60,231 bases of DNA from Akkermansia muciniphila (GCA_945900455.1 CAMDJH010000004.1:1-60231); one strand, 5' to 3'. Shown: positions 44,965 through 54,896, counted from the first letter of the stretch. Notes: generated from the sequence alone by a model not told the origin. Numbers and translations are program-made.

Positions 44965-47900
44965 ATGAAAGCCAACCGGACTCGAGCGTTGAAACCAGTC
45001 TTGATGCCCCCCCATCTGCACCAACGGCTCACGCGCCTCGCAAGTTTTCTCCTGATTTCGCGCTGCCTGGTTCCGCACTCGCTCATCAACGCGGAGTCCA
45101 GCTCGTTTGACCCGACGGTGTTTGACAAGACGATCCGCCCGATGGTCAAAGAATATTGTCTGGGTTGCCATTCCACGGAAAAACACAAAGGCGATGTCGA
45201 CTTCGAACAAGTCACAACGCTGAGCGAGGTGATGAAGCACCCCAAGGTCTGGCAAACCGCGATCGAACAGCTCTCGCTCGGCGAGATGCCCCCGCGAGAT
45301 AAACCGCAACCGACACCCGCCGATCGCGAGCGACTTCTCAACTCGATTGAGGCTGCACTCGATGAAGCCGCGAAAGCCCGCGCTGGAGACCCGGGCCCAG
45401 TCGTCCTGCGACGCCTCAACAACACCGAATATACATTCACCGTCCGAGATCTCACGGGGGTCGATTCCCTCAATCCCGCTCGGGAATTCCCCGGGGACAG
45501 TGCCGCCGGCGAGGGTTTCATGAACACCGGAAACTCGCTTGTGATGTCCCCCGCCCTGATCACCAAATATCTCGCTGCCGGCAAAGAGATCGCTGCCCAT
45601 GCCGTCCTGCTGCCGGATGGAATCCGGTTTTCGCCTGCGACGACCCGCCGCGACTGGACCGACGAAACGCTGGCTCAGATCCGGAGGTTTTACCGCCAAT
45701 TCACCGATCCCCGAGGCGGCGACAAGGTGAATCTGCAGGGGATTATCTTCGATACCAACGAGGGGGGGCGACTGCCGCTCGAAAAGTACCTTTCCGCTAC
45801 GCTGGAGTTACGGGTACGGAACGAGGCAAAGGGGGGATCTGCTTCGGCCAGCGACCTCCGCAGTGCGCGTCAGACCCTCGCACGGGAGCGCGGACTCAAT
45901 GCGCGATACCTCGGGACTTTATGGGAGACTCTCACCAGCCGGGAACCCTCGCTCGTTCTCGATCCCATTCGCGCCCGGTGGCGTTCGTCGGCACCGACGG
46001 AAAGCGCCATGATCGCGGCGGACATTGCCAACTGGCAAAAAGTTCTTTGGAAATTCAGCAGTGTCGGACATATCGGAAAAATCGGTGGGCCGAAGGCCTG
46101 GATGGAACCGGTCAATCCCCTCATTTCCAAATTGGAAGTGCGACTCAAACTGGCGGCACCCACGAACGGGAATAACGTCTTCCTGTATTTGAATGCAAAT
46201 GACGCCGGGGACGGCAATGCCGGAGACTACGTCGTTTGGCAGCAACCCCGGCTTGTGTTAACCGGACGCCCCGACCTGGCGTTGCGCGATGTCCGCGAAT
46301 TCCTCCGTGAAATGGAGGCTCGACGCGACAAGATCTCCGACTCGGCCGTGCGCTGTCTCGAGGCCGCGGCTGAGGTCGGCGCCACCAGGGCTCAGACCGA
46401 TATAGCTGGACTGGCACAGCGTCACGACGTGGATACCGAAGTGCTGACGGCCTGGCTCGAATACCTCGGTATCACATCGAGTGCGACCCAACCTCTCGAC
46501 TATTTCACGAACCAGATGCACAAGGCATCGAATCACGATTTCGTCAATGGCTGGGGCACCACGGACACGCCGAGCCTGTACGCCAATTCCTCGGACCAGG
46601 CCGTACGTATCCCCGGTAACATGAAGGCGCACGGCGTCACACTGCATCCGTCCCCAAAACTTAACGCAGCGGTCGGATGGCGAAGCCCGATCTCGGCTCG
46701 GATGCGCGTCGAAGCCACCGTGACGCATGCGCATCCCGAGTGCGGCAATGGCGTGGTCTGGGCCATCGAACTGCGCCGCGGCGCTCAACGTCAACGCCTC
46801 GCATCCGGCACCGCCCAAGGCGGCAAGGCAGTCAAGATCAGCCCCATCGAGAATCTCGCCGTAAGAACGGGCGATCTGGTCTCGCTGCTCATCGGCCCGC
46901 GCGATGGCAATCATTCCTGCGACCTGACGGATGTTGAACTGATTCTCAAGAGTACGGCCGAAAACGGACCGGAGTGGAGCCTCACGCGGGATGTGTCACC
47001 CGACGTTCTCGCGGGCAATCCCCACGCGGATCGTTTCGGCGCGGCTGGAATATGGCACTTTTATACCGAGCCCGTCTCCGGCCATGATGCCGGGCCGACG
47101 ATTCCTGTCGGCTCATTGCTCGCAAGTTGGCAATCCGCTGAAGGAGCTGCGGATCGACAAAAGTTCGCCGCGGCCGTGCAGGCGCTGATCCGAAAGGATG
47201 CCCCATCCCCCAAGGACAGCCCGGACGCACTCTTGCACCGTCAGTTGACGTCACTGGGCGGGCCACTGCTTGCCGGAGCACAAAACGTCGCCGTCCGAGA
47301 ACGTATTCGGTTAGCGCCCTCGACCAAGACTCCCGGTGACGCTGCGGCCCCGGAGCCAGGAGCGGCCGCGCGGGAAGTTTCAAAATGGGGGGTCGATCCC
47401 CGCCAATTCGGCCGGCACCCCAACGGAAGCAACCTGAATCCTACCAGTCTTTGCCTCCAGGCACCTTCGCTCATCGAGATCCCTCTCCCCGCCGACCTCG
47501 TCGCCGGAGCGGAATTTGTCACGACCGGGTTGCTTCACGATGGAACCGGCAATGAAGGCAGTGTTCAACTTCAGGTACTGACCGCCAAGCCCGAATCCCC
47601 CTCGCGGCTTCAGCCGGGAACCGCCACGGTGAAGGGCGACGGCGGATCCTGGACGTCACAAAAAAATCAGCTGGCACACAGTGCCCCGATCATCGTCCGA
47701 GACGGCAGCGCCGCCCGTCGGCGAATTGAATCCAGTTTTGACGACTTTCGCGGCCCGTTTCCTGCCGCCCTCTGTTACACGAAGATCGTTCCAGTCGACG
47801 AAGTCGTCACGCTCACCCTGCTGCACCGCGAGGATAGCGCACTCGCCCGACTCATGTTGGATGATGCGCAAAAGGCCGCACTCGACCGGATGTGGAATGA

Positions 47901-49317
47901 ACTTCACTACATCAGTCAGGATGCGTTGACGCTCGTGGATGCTTTTGCCCAGTTGATGGAGTATGCGACACAGGATGGCGATCCCAAGGTGTTCGAACCC
48001 CTGCGGAAACCGATTCAGGACCGGGCGACAGCCCTGCGGAGAGAGCTGGTCGAGACGGAGCCAAAGCATCTCGAATCGCTGCTGGCTTTCGCCGAGAATG
48101 CGTATCGCCGGCCCCTCATGGCTTCCGAATCGCGGGAGTTGAGCGAGCTCTATAAAAAGTTGCGGGCGCAGGAGATTCCGCATGACGAATCGATACGACT
48201 CACTCTGGCGCGCGTGTTTATCTCGCCTGCGTTCTTGTATCGCCTGGAGCGGACCATCCCCGGTCGGGATCCAACGCCCGTTTCCGATTGGGAACTCGCC
48301 AGCCGCCTCAGCTACTTCCTGTGGTCTTCACAACCGGACGCACCGCTGCGGGATCTGGCGGCTGCCGGAAAATTGCACGACCCGGAAGTTCTCGCATCCC
48401 ACGCCCGACAAATGTTGCGCGATGACCGCGTGCGTCGATTGGCCACCGAGTTCGCCTGCCAATGGCTCCATATCCACGACTTCGATCAGTTGGATGAAAA
48501 GAGCGAACGCCATTTTCCAACCTTTGCTGGCCTGCGTGGCGCCCTCTACGAGGAACCCATCCAATTCTTCACCGACTTGTTTCGCGGGGACGGCTCGTTG
48601 CTCACGGTTTTCGACGCCGACCATACGTTTCTTAATGAGAGCCTCGCGGGCCACTACGGGATCCCAGGAGTGACGGGGCCGGAATGGCGACGGGTCGATG
48701 GCGTTAAAAAGTATTCGCGCGGCGGAATTCTCGCGTTCGGCGCGACCCTCGCCAAACAATCCGGCGCGTCACGAACGAGTCCCATCCTGCGCGGCAACTG
48801 GGTGGCCGAGGCGTTGCTTGGGGACAAACTGCCCCGTCCGCCAAAAGATGTCCCCCGCCTTCCCGAAGATGAGGCCACCGAGAGCCTCTCGGTCCGCCAA
48901 CTCGTACAAAAGCACACCAACGACCCCAAATGCGCCGGTTGCCACCGGCGGATCGACGGCTACGGCTTCGTGCTGGAGGGCTTCGATGCCATCGGGCGGG
49001 CGCGCACGAAGGATCTCGCGGACCGGCCCGTGGAAACGCAGGGCGTAGTCCTGGATGGCTCAACCATCGACGGGATCGATGGCCTTCGCGAATACTTGCT
49101 GAACAAGAAGCGCAGTGTGGTTCTCCGGCAATTCTGCCGAAAGTTGCTCGGATACTCGTTAGGGCGAGGCGTGCAGTTGTCCGACAATCCGCTTTTGTCC
49201 GAGATGCAGCGGCAATTGGCGCTGAATGGCTACCAGTTCAGCTCCGCAGTGGATACAATTGTCCGCAGCCGCCAGTTCCGCGAAATTCGCGGCAAGGATG
49301 CGGCCTACGAGGATTGA
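44965..49317 (+). CDS. Giant PSD-type protein (DUF1592/DUF1595/DUF1587/DUF1588/DUF1585 architecture) with two CxxCH motifs
   Basis: N-terminal signal, then KEYCLGCHSTEKHKGDVDFEQ (Planctomycete cytochrome-c-like). The C-terminal third has ...LASRLSYFLWSS.PD..L...A..G.L......L..Q..RML.D.R...L...F..QWL... and DPKCAGCHRRIDGYGFVLEGFDAIGR, plus LGYSLGR. About 1450 aa. I do not recognise the central ~500 aa. The start is taken at 44965 (MKANRTR...). Confidence 0.85.
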   Translation: MKANRTRALKPVLMPPHLHQRLTRLASFLLISRCLVPHSLINAESSSFDPTVFDKTIRPMVKEYCLGCHSTEKHKGDVDFEQVTTLSEVMKHPKVWQTAIEQLSLGEMPPRDKPQPTPADRERLLNSIEAALDEAAKARAGDPGPVVLRRLNNTEYTFTVRDLTGVDSLNPAREFPGDSAAGEGFMNTGNSLVMSPALITKYLAAGKEIAAHAVLLPDGIRFSPATTRRDWTDETLAQIRRFYRQFTDPRGGDKVNLQGIIFDTNEGGRLPLEKYLSATLELRVRNEAKGGSASASDLRSARQTLARERGLNARYLGTLWETLTSREPSLVLDPIRARWRSSAPTESAMIAADIANWQKVLWKFSSVGHIGKIGGPKAWMEPVNPLISKLEVRLKLAAPTNGNNVFLYLNANDAGDGNAGDYVVWQQPRLVLTGRPDLALRDVREFLREMEARRDKISDSAVRCLEAAAEVGATRAQTDIAGLAQRHDVDTEVLTAWLEYLGITSSATQPLDYFTNQMHKASNHDFVNGWGTTDTPSLYANSSDQAVRIPGNMKAHGVTLHPSPKLNAAVGWRSPISARMRVEATVTHAHPECGNGVVWAIELRRGAQRQRLASGTAQGGKAVKISPIENLAVRTGDLVSLLIGPRDGNHSCDLTDVELILKSTAENGPEWSLTRDVSPDVLAGNPHADRFGAAGIWHFYTEPVSGHDAGPTIPVGSLLASWQSAEGAADRQKFAAAVQALIRKDAPSPKDSPDALLHRQLTSLGGPLLAGAQNVAVRERIRLAPSTKTPGDAAAPEPGAAAREVSKWGVDPRQFGRHPNGSNLNPTSLCLQAPSLIEIPLPADLVAGAEFVTTGLLHDGTGNEGSVQLQVLTAKPESPSRLQPGTATVKGDGGSWTSQKNQLAHSAPIIVRDGSAARRRIESSFDDFRGPFPAALCYTKIVPVDEVVTLTLLHREDSALARLMLDDAQKAALDRMWNELHYISQDALTLVDAFAQLMEYATQDGDPKVFEPLRKPIQDRATALRRELVETEPKHLESLLAFAENAYRRPLMASESRELSELYKKLRAQEIPHDESIRLTLARVFISPAFLYRLERTIPGRDPTPVSDWELASRLSYFLWSSQPDAPLRDLAAAGKLHDPEVLASHARQMLRDDRVRRLATEFACQWLHIHDFDQLDEKSERHFPTFAGLRGALYEEPIQFFTDLFRGDGSLLTVFDADHTFLNESLAGHYGIPGVTGPEWRRVDGVKKYSRGGILAFGATLAKQSGASRTSPILRGNWVAEALLGDKLPRPPKDVPRLPEDEATESLSVRQLVQKHTNDPKCAGCHRRIDGYGFVLEGFDAIGRARTKDLADRPVETQGVVLDGSTIDGIDGLREYLLNKKRSVVLRQFCRKLLGYSLGRGVQLSDNPLLSEMQRQLALNGYQFSSAVDTIVRSRQFREIRGKDAAYED

Positions 49318-49407
49318 AATTCGCAACGATTCCCGCCTTCCCCATCGCCCCGGATTATCCTAGCTTGCTCCTACACCATTAACTCCAATCCCCAATCCCC
49401 ATTCCCA

Positions 49408-50712
49408 ATGAGTGCTCACAGATTTTCACGTCGTACGCTGCTTCGCGGTGCCGGTGTCACCATGGCCCTGCCATGGATGGAATCGCTGGCCGTCTGGGGC
49501 GATGAACCCACCACGACAAAACCCGCCAGTGAGGCGCCGGTACGTTTCGCCACATTCTTCGCCGGCAACGGCTTTCACGGCAAAGAATGGTGGGCAAAGG
49601 GTGAGGGCAGTGACATGCAATTTGGCAAAGTCCTCGAGCCCCTAACCGATTTCCGGAAAAATACCCTCTTCATCCGGGGTCTCTATAATGCTGAGGCCCT
49701 CAAGGGAAACATCCATAGCTCGCAAACCGGCAACATTCTCTCCGGCGCACCCCTCGCCTCCGGAGGGGATATCCGTTCCGGAACGAGCGTCGACCAGCTG
49801 TTGGCGCAACGGTATGGCCGCTCAACGAAGGTGCCTAGCTTGGTCCTGGGTTGCGAAAAATCCAATCCCTCCGTCCATAAGAACTATTCGATGCTCTACA
49901 GCTCGCATATTTCATGGACATCGCCCACCACCCCAACACCCCTGGAGGTCTATCCAGCCCTCGCCTTCGATCGCCTGTTCAAAGACGAGGTCCAGCGCGG
50001 TGACAAGAGTGTGCTCGACGCCGTCCTTCAGGATGCCCAGGACGTTCGCCGCCACATCAGCAGCAATGACCAACGCAAGCTGGACGAATATCTTGACTCC
50101 GTCCGGGAGGTCGAGCTTCGCATCGAACAGGCCGGTAAGAAGGGGGAACTGCAAGGTTGGCGCCCAACGCTCGCCGCTCCCAATATCCCACGACCGCCCG
50201 ATGGCATCCCGCAGGACATTGCCGAGCACATGCGTCTCATGTGCGATATCCTCGTGCTGGCGTTCCAGACCGATACAACCCGCCTCTGCACCCTGAAGCT
50301 GAACAACGACCATTCCTCGCTGCGCTTCCCAAACCTGGGCGTGGACTACATGATCCACCACCTGCTTTCCCACTCCGACACTGCCGACTGGCTCAAGGTG
50401 AACCAGTTCTTCCTCAAACAAGTGGCCTACGTCGCCCGCAAACTCGATGCCATTCAGGAGGGTCCCCGCACCGCTCTCGACAATTCAATGCTGTTGCTCT
50501 GTTCCAGCATGATGACCGGGAGTCACGACGCCACCCAACTTCCCGTGATCCTGGTAGGCGGCGGTGGGGGCAGGATAAAGGGCGGACGTATCCTCGATTA
50601 CAAGGAGAAGCCGAACCGACAAATGTGCCGCCTCTACCTGTCGCTCATGGAGAAAATGAACGTGCGTCCCGATCGTTTCGGGGACGCAACGGAGCGACTC
50701 GATGAAGTGTGA
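49408..50712 (+). CDS. DUF1552 domain protein with a twin-arginine signal
   Basis: MSAHRFSRRTLLRGAGVTMALPWMESL is a Tat-type signal. Its size and its position directly after a DUF1592-type gene are the usual pairing. Confidence 0.85.
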   Translation: MSAHRFSRRTLLRGAGVTMALPWMESLAVWGDEPTTTKPASEAPVRFATFFAGNGFHGKEWWAKGEGSDMQFGKVLEPLTDFRKNTLFIRGLYNAEALKGNIHSSQTGNILSGAPLASGGDIRSGTSVDQLLAQRYGRSTKVPSLVLGCEKSNPSVHKNYSMLYSSHISWTSPTTPTPLEVYPALAFDRLFKDEVQRGDKSVLDAVLQDAQDVRRHISSNDQRKLDEYLDSVREVELRIEQAGKKGELQGWRPTLAAPNIPRPPDGIPQDIAEHMRLMCDILVLAFQTDTTRLCTLKLNNDHSSLRFPNLGVDYMIHHLLSHSDTADWLKVNQFFLKQVAYVARKLDAIQEGPRTALDNSMLLLCSSMMTGSHDATQLPVILVGGGGGRIKGGRILDYKEKPNRQMCRLYLSLMEKMNVRPDRFGDATERLDEV

Positions 50713-50747
50713 CATTCAACGGAGAAAGGGACAGGTAACTGATCAAC

Positions 50748-52046
50748 TTATCGGAGTGAAAAGCACGCCAGATCCCCGCTCAATGTTTTGCAATAAAGCT
50801 GCCCGTCTGCCACTACGACATGCGGCCACGCCATGTCGTTGTAAACCCGTGGTCGTTCCGCCAACACCGTGCATTTCTCGGGCGAACGCCCCGCACCCTC
50901 GATCAAGGAAAAATCGCCTCCATTTCCCCAAACGATCAACCGCTCATCTCCGGTTACAAGACACGAACCTGCATCGCCAATCTTGCCTCCCTCCCACATC
51001 CGCTCGCCGGTAGCGAAATCGACGCAATGCACACCATGATTCGCGAAATAAATCCGCCCCTTATGGATGACAGGCGTGCAGACCCCCGTCGGATGACGAT
51101 TCCGCCAGACCTCACGGGCACCCCTCTTGAGACTCACCGCGACGCGGGCCATCGCCATCTGGTTGTAGCGAGAGGAGATCAACAAATCCGCGCCCGCCAC
51201 CGCCAGCCCGGCAATCGTATTGGAAAAATCCGTTTTCCATGGAAATGCCACCACCGTTTTCCCCGCATGCCTGCCATCCAATCGCACCACCAGAGCGTGA
51301 TACGAAGTCGCGACTGCCACACAGGGCACACCCTCGACCGTCATCAGCGCCAGGCCGCCGCTATGCCCCGCCGGGTCACGGTTCTCCGAAGTCCACACTG
51401 GATCGCCCCCCTTCCGCTTGTCAAAAGCCATCAAGCAACCGTGTTCCGTGTCCCCCGCCTCGACGATGACCCACTCACCCCACACCAGCGGCGCAGTTGT
51501 ATAACCGTAGTCGCGCAGCGTATTCTTCCGCTCCGTAATCTGCGGTCGCCGTAGAATGCCGAAGCGGTCGTATAGGTTCAGAGCCCAGACCCTTTTCCCT
51601 CGCGACTTCGTGTCCCAGGCATTCAGACTGCCATCGCAGCCCAGAGTAAAGAGCAGGCCGGTTTTGGGGTCGAATTCCGGTGTGGCCGTTGCCCCGCGGT
51701 ACATGCCCTTGTCGCCCGTCGCATAGCGACCATATTCGGGCGCGGCGTCGCTGTGTTCCCAGACGATCGTTCCCGTCGCTGCCTCAAGACAACGTAGCGT
51801 GTCCTGCCCTCCCGCCCAGCCAATGGCATAAAGTTTTCCCGCGACCACCAGGGGCGCGGAAGCCCCCGCACCGACATTCGCCTTCCAGACCGCCTGCGGC
51901 GGCGGCCAGATACCCGGCGAATCCCAGCCTGAAATATCGGCAACGACACCGTCGCGGTTCGCTCCGCGCCAGTGCGACCAATCGTCAGCCTGCCCCAATC
52001 CAACGGTAGCCAAGGCGCAAATTGCCAAAGTCAGTCCCAGCCTCAT
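50748..52046 (-). CDS. PQQ-like beta-propeller repeat protein (BamB-like fold), secreted
   Basis: Signal peptide, then DDWSHWRGANRDGV. Repeated ...G.LYA.G.....L.C.....G...W... blades follow. Confidence 0.8.
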   Translation of the reverse strand: MRLGLTLAICALATVGLGQADDWSHWRGANRDGVVADISGWDSPGIWPPPQAVWKANVGAGASAPLVVAGKLYAIGWAGGQDTLRCLEAATGTIVWEHSDAAPEYGRYATGDKGMYRGATATPEFDPKTGLLFTLGCDGSLNAWDTKSRGKRVWALNLYDRFGILRRPQITERKNTLRDYGYTTAPLVWGEWVIVEAGDTEHGCLMAFDKRKGGDPVWTSENRDPAGHSGGLALMTVEGVPCVAVATSYHALVVRLDGRHAGKTVVAFPWKTDFSNTIAGLAVAGADLLISSRYNQMAMARVAVSLKRGAREVWRNRHPTGVCTPVIHKGRIYFANHGVHCVDFATGERMWEGGKIGDAGSCLVTGDERLIVWGNGGDFSLIEGAGRSPEKCTVLAERPRVYNDMAWPHVVVADGQLYCKTLSGDLACFSLR

Positions 52047-52180
52047 ACGCTCACTGAATTAATGGGAATTGGGTCCGGCGCCGCGCAATTCACGGAGCGT
52101 TGCCTTGCATCAGAGATCACTCGGTCACTTTGCACCGGACGGTTTCTGCTGTCCAGCCCCCCTGTTTCATCCGGCGTATT

Positions 52181-52285
52181 CCGAAGTTGTCGGTAGAGGT
52201 TGTCGCGCTGCGACAACCCCGCCCGCGTACAGCGGACGGACAGGGCCGCAGCGCGGCGTCCGCTACCTTCTCCAACAACTTCCGG
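52181..52285. repeat. MITE-like element, copy 2 (105 bp, inverted relative to copy 1)
   Basis: CCGAAGTTGTCGGTAGAGG...CCTTCTCCAACAACTTCCGG. It contains the internal hairpin GTTGTCGC-GCT-GCGACAAC. The reverse complement aligns end to end with 31397-31542 minus the 41-bp segment. Confidence 0.8.
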
Positions 52286-52297
52286 ATGGACGGTATT

Positions 52298-53248
52298 TCA
52301 TCTCTGCTTCGTCATCACCGTATAGATATACCCCTTCGCCTTGATGAGGGCATCCGTCACCGAGGCGAAGAGAAGAGCCCTCGTGCTCACTTTCACCGCC
52401 TGCCACCCAATATTGAACCAGTGATAGAGGATTGTCCTTAGATTCGGTTTGAATTTCTTGACGACGTTGTAATAGGAAAACGCAATCGTGACCCGCTTAT
52501 TGTAAGATCTCCCTCCGGCTGCGACGCGTGATATGACGATCGGCACTCGTCCAAAGGAGCGTTTCTCCACATAACACTTCAGGGCAAACTGAAAGTCCGA
52601 TTCAACGAGTTGTCGGCGGCTTCCCGTCTCGCGTTTGGAAGTATCACTCGTGATGCCTCCTGAATTGTCGAATGGGTTGTCCTTAAATAGGGAGCGTTTT
52701 GCAAAAAGGCTCTGATGAGAACAAACCATTCCTTTCCAGAGGTTTTCAACCCGCCGGGATGGAAGTATTCTCTTATATCCATTCGCGTAGACCATTTCGC
52801 AATCTCCGTAGACAAGGTCGTAACGACTCAATGCCCCTCGATCGTGCAACGCTTGAATCACGGCCGAGGAGTGGAACTCATCGCCACTGTTCATGAAAAT
52901 GACCCAATCCCCCGTTGCCCGGGACAGCCCCTTGTTCATGGCATCGTAAATGCCGTTGTCCCGTTCGCTCACCCAGTAGTCAATCGAGCTGTCAAACCTC
53001 CGGATCACCTCAACGGTCTTGTCCGTCGACCCTCCATCAATGACGAGAATCTCAATATTGGGATAGGTCTGACAAAGGCTGCTTTGCAACGTGGCTTCCA
53101 AAACTGATTCCCCATTATACACCACGGTGATTACGCTAATGAGTGGCCTCCCCTCCGTGCCGCGCTTTATCACCCCACTCGCCTGAGTTCCTCCTTCAAG
53201 AAATAGACGCGGCTCCCCGGCATTGGCGGACTCCATCATTTCTTTCAT
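52298..53248 (-). CDS. Glycosyltransferase family 2
   Basis: ISVITVVYNGESVLEATLQSSLCQTYPNIEILVIDGGSTDKT...DNGIYDAMNKG. Three sampled 60-nt lines are about 42-58% GC, noticeably lower than the neighbours. There is an ATGA overlap with the upstream DUF72 gene. Confidence 0.88.
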   Translation of the reverse strand: MKEMMESANAGEPRLFLEGGTQASGVIKRGTEGRPLISVITVVYNGESVLEATLQSSLCQTYPNIEILVIDGGSTDKTVEVIRRFDSSIDYWVSERDNGIYDAMNKGLSRATGDWVIFMNSGDEFHSSAVIQALHDRGALSRYDLVYGDCEMVYANGYKRILPSRRVENLWKGMVCSHQSLFAKRSLFKDNPFDNSGGITSDTSKRETGSRRQLVESDFQFALKCYVEKRSFGRVPIVISRVAAGGRSYNKRVTIAFSYYNVVKKFKPNLRTILYHWFNIGWQAVKVSTRALLFASVTDALIKAKGYIYTVMTKQR

Positions 53249-54339
53249 GAGTCCGCCTTTCCCGGTAGGGCCGCCACCGCTGCGAGGATCGCGACAATGG
53301 TCTTCAGGGCGCTCCCTTCGAACCGGTTGTTGACGTACATAAACGCCTGCCGGCGATCCGGAAGCTGGAGCGATTCGAGGACGAGCCGAACCGCTGCTGC
53401 GCGCCCCTCCGGGTACGGATCCTTCAACTCGGTGTACGGCTGGAAGGCGCGAACCGCCTCTTCATAGCGCCGGCCCGGCTTCAGCAACAACCGCGCGGCA
53501 CTCCAGGCGGCCGTTCGGCTATCCGGATGATCGAGTTGTTCCGCCAGAGGGGGCATTGCTTCCCATGCATTAAACACGTGCGCAACCCCTGAGCGCGCGA
53601 GACAACGAAAATATTCCGAAACAAGAAACTCGCGATTCCGGATTTCCACGCCGTACCGCCAGCCACCGGGCAGTCCGCACAGAAAAGGCTCCAACACTTG
53701 GACAAACTCAGCCGCCGTCGGATACTCGGTGGGCGAAAACCGGCTGAACTCAAAAATCAACGGCCCTACCTTTTCCTTGTACTGTTCGAGCGGCTCGAGG
53801 AAACGACGGACGAAGAGATCCGCCTGAAGGAACCCTCCGTTCTGTTGCCCGGCTCTGGCTCCAAATCGGGCCAGTTGTGGAAATCGCTTCACCGTAATCT
53901 CATCCGTAACTTTAAAAGCGAATTGAAAATCCGGCGGTGTCGCCGCCATCAACGGATCCAGGGTCTGTCGCGAAGGATACATATAGTACGCAGCGTCCAC
54001 ACAAACGGTGGGAAAAGTCTTCGCGTATTCCGACAGGCATTCCTCTTCAAATCGCTTTCCCGAAAACCGGCCGCGGAGACTGTATCGATCCCTCCGGTAG
54101 AAGGAATCTAGCCAACCCGGGTACTTCCACGAGGAGGTCCCGAGGCGGACGCCTTGACGAGTCAATGCCGCCAACGGCCCGTGAAGCTCTCGGGCCAGAG
54201 TTGGGTCCGTGGCCGGTTTTTCGAATTCAAAAACGGTTTGCACGATCCGAGATGCATCGATGTCCTCGCAGATAGGTAGCCCAAAGTCAGAACTTGGAAA
54301 AGCGAATACCCGGGATTCGCGCCCGTACGATGATGTCAT
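53245..54339 (-). CDS. DUF72 (UPF0759) domain protein
   Basis: LGTSSWKYPGWLDSFY...LSEYAKTFPTVCVDAAYYMYP......TPPDFQFAFKV is the DUF72 pattern. The start is taken at the ATG at 54339 (MTSSYGRE...), which overlaps the upstream stop (ATGA). The ORF track extends to 54462. Confidence 0.8.
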   Translation of the reverse strand: MTSSYGRESRVFAFPSSDFGLPICEDIDASRIVQTVFEFEKPATDPTLARELHGPLAALTRQGVRLGTSSWKYPGWLDSFYRRDRYSLRGRFSGKRFEEECLSEYAKTFPTVCVDAAYYMYPSRQTLDPLMAATPPDFQFAFKVTDEITVKRFPQLARFGARAGQQNGGFLQADLFVRRFLEPLEQYKEKVGPLIFEFSRFSPTEYPTAAEFVQVLEPFLCGLPGGWRYGVEIRNREFLVSEYFRCLARSGVAHVFNAWEAMPPLAEQLDHPDSRTAAWSAARLLLKPGRRYEEAVRAFQPYTELKDPYPEGRAAAVRLVLESLQLPDRRQAFMYVNNRFEGSALKTIVAILAAVAALPGKADS

Positions 54340-54896
54340 CGAGCCGTCCGTTGATCCACCTGGCAGTCTGTGTTCAGAGGGAGGCTGATGGCGAAGGTGT
54401 TTCCCGAGCGCCCCGTGATTCGGGCGACTGTCGTATGAAAGCCCCCCGCGTTCTTGTCCCAAATCGCCACGCCATCGCCGACCGAAAATCCGGCCGGACT
54501 TTTCACCGTGACCTGTTCCTCGCCGTAATCGCCATCGAGCGTCAATACCGACACGCTGGCCTTATCTTTGCGTAGAATCGTCTTCGCACCTTGCCCGCGC
54601 ACGGTGACGTTCGGGCGCAGATGGAGCGAATCCCGCATGAGAAAATCCCCTTCCCCAATCTCGACCGTGCCACCGCCCAAGCTCGCGATGTAGTCCACCG
54701 CCGCCTGGAGCGCCCGGTGGTCGGCACCCGAAATATCGCTCGTCCGCAGGCCAACCGTGACACGGGCACGGTCCGTCATCGCCGTGTGCATCGCCCGCGG
54801 AAGCTGGGTTTCGTGAAGCCTGGAGGATGAATCCGCAGCCAAGGCCCGGATAAGAAACGTCAGAGCGAACCCGTGAAGGAAGGTCGTTGCTTTCAT
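54336..54896 (-). CDS. Short secreted protein equal to the N-terminal domain only of the beta-helix protein family (paralogue of the 12519-13892 N-terminus)
   Basis: Signal peptide. ...GADHRALQAAVDYIASLGGGTVEIGEGDFLMRDSLHLRPNVTVRG.GAKTIL.K... aligns with ...TSDRVLQAAVDYVARLGGGTVNVLPGIYRLHNAVYLQSKVRLVGSGSETVLIK.... It stops after 186 aa, where the paralogue continues into beta-helix repeats. Confidence 0.55.
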   Translation of the reverse strand: MKATTFLHGFALTFLIRALAADSSSRLHETQLPRAMHTAMTDRARVTVGLRTSDISGADHRALQAAVDYIASLGGGTVEIGEGDFLMRDSLHLRPNVTVRGQGAKTILRKDKASVSVLTLDGDYGEEQVTVKSPAGFSVGDGVAIWDKNAGGFHTTVARITGRSGNTFAISLPLNTDCQVDQRTAR

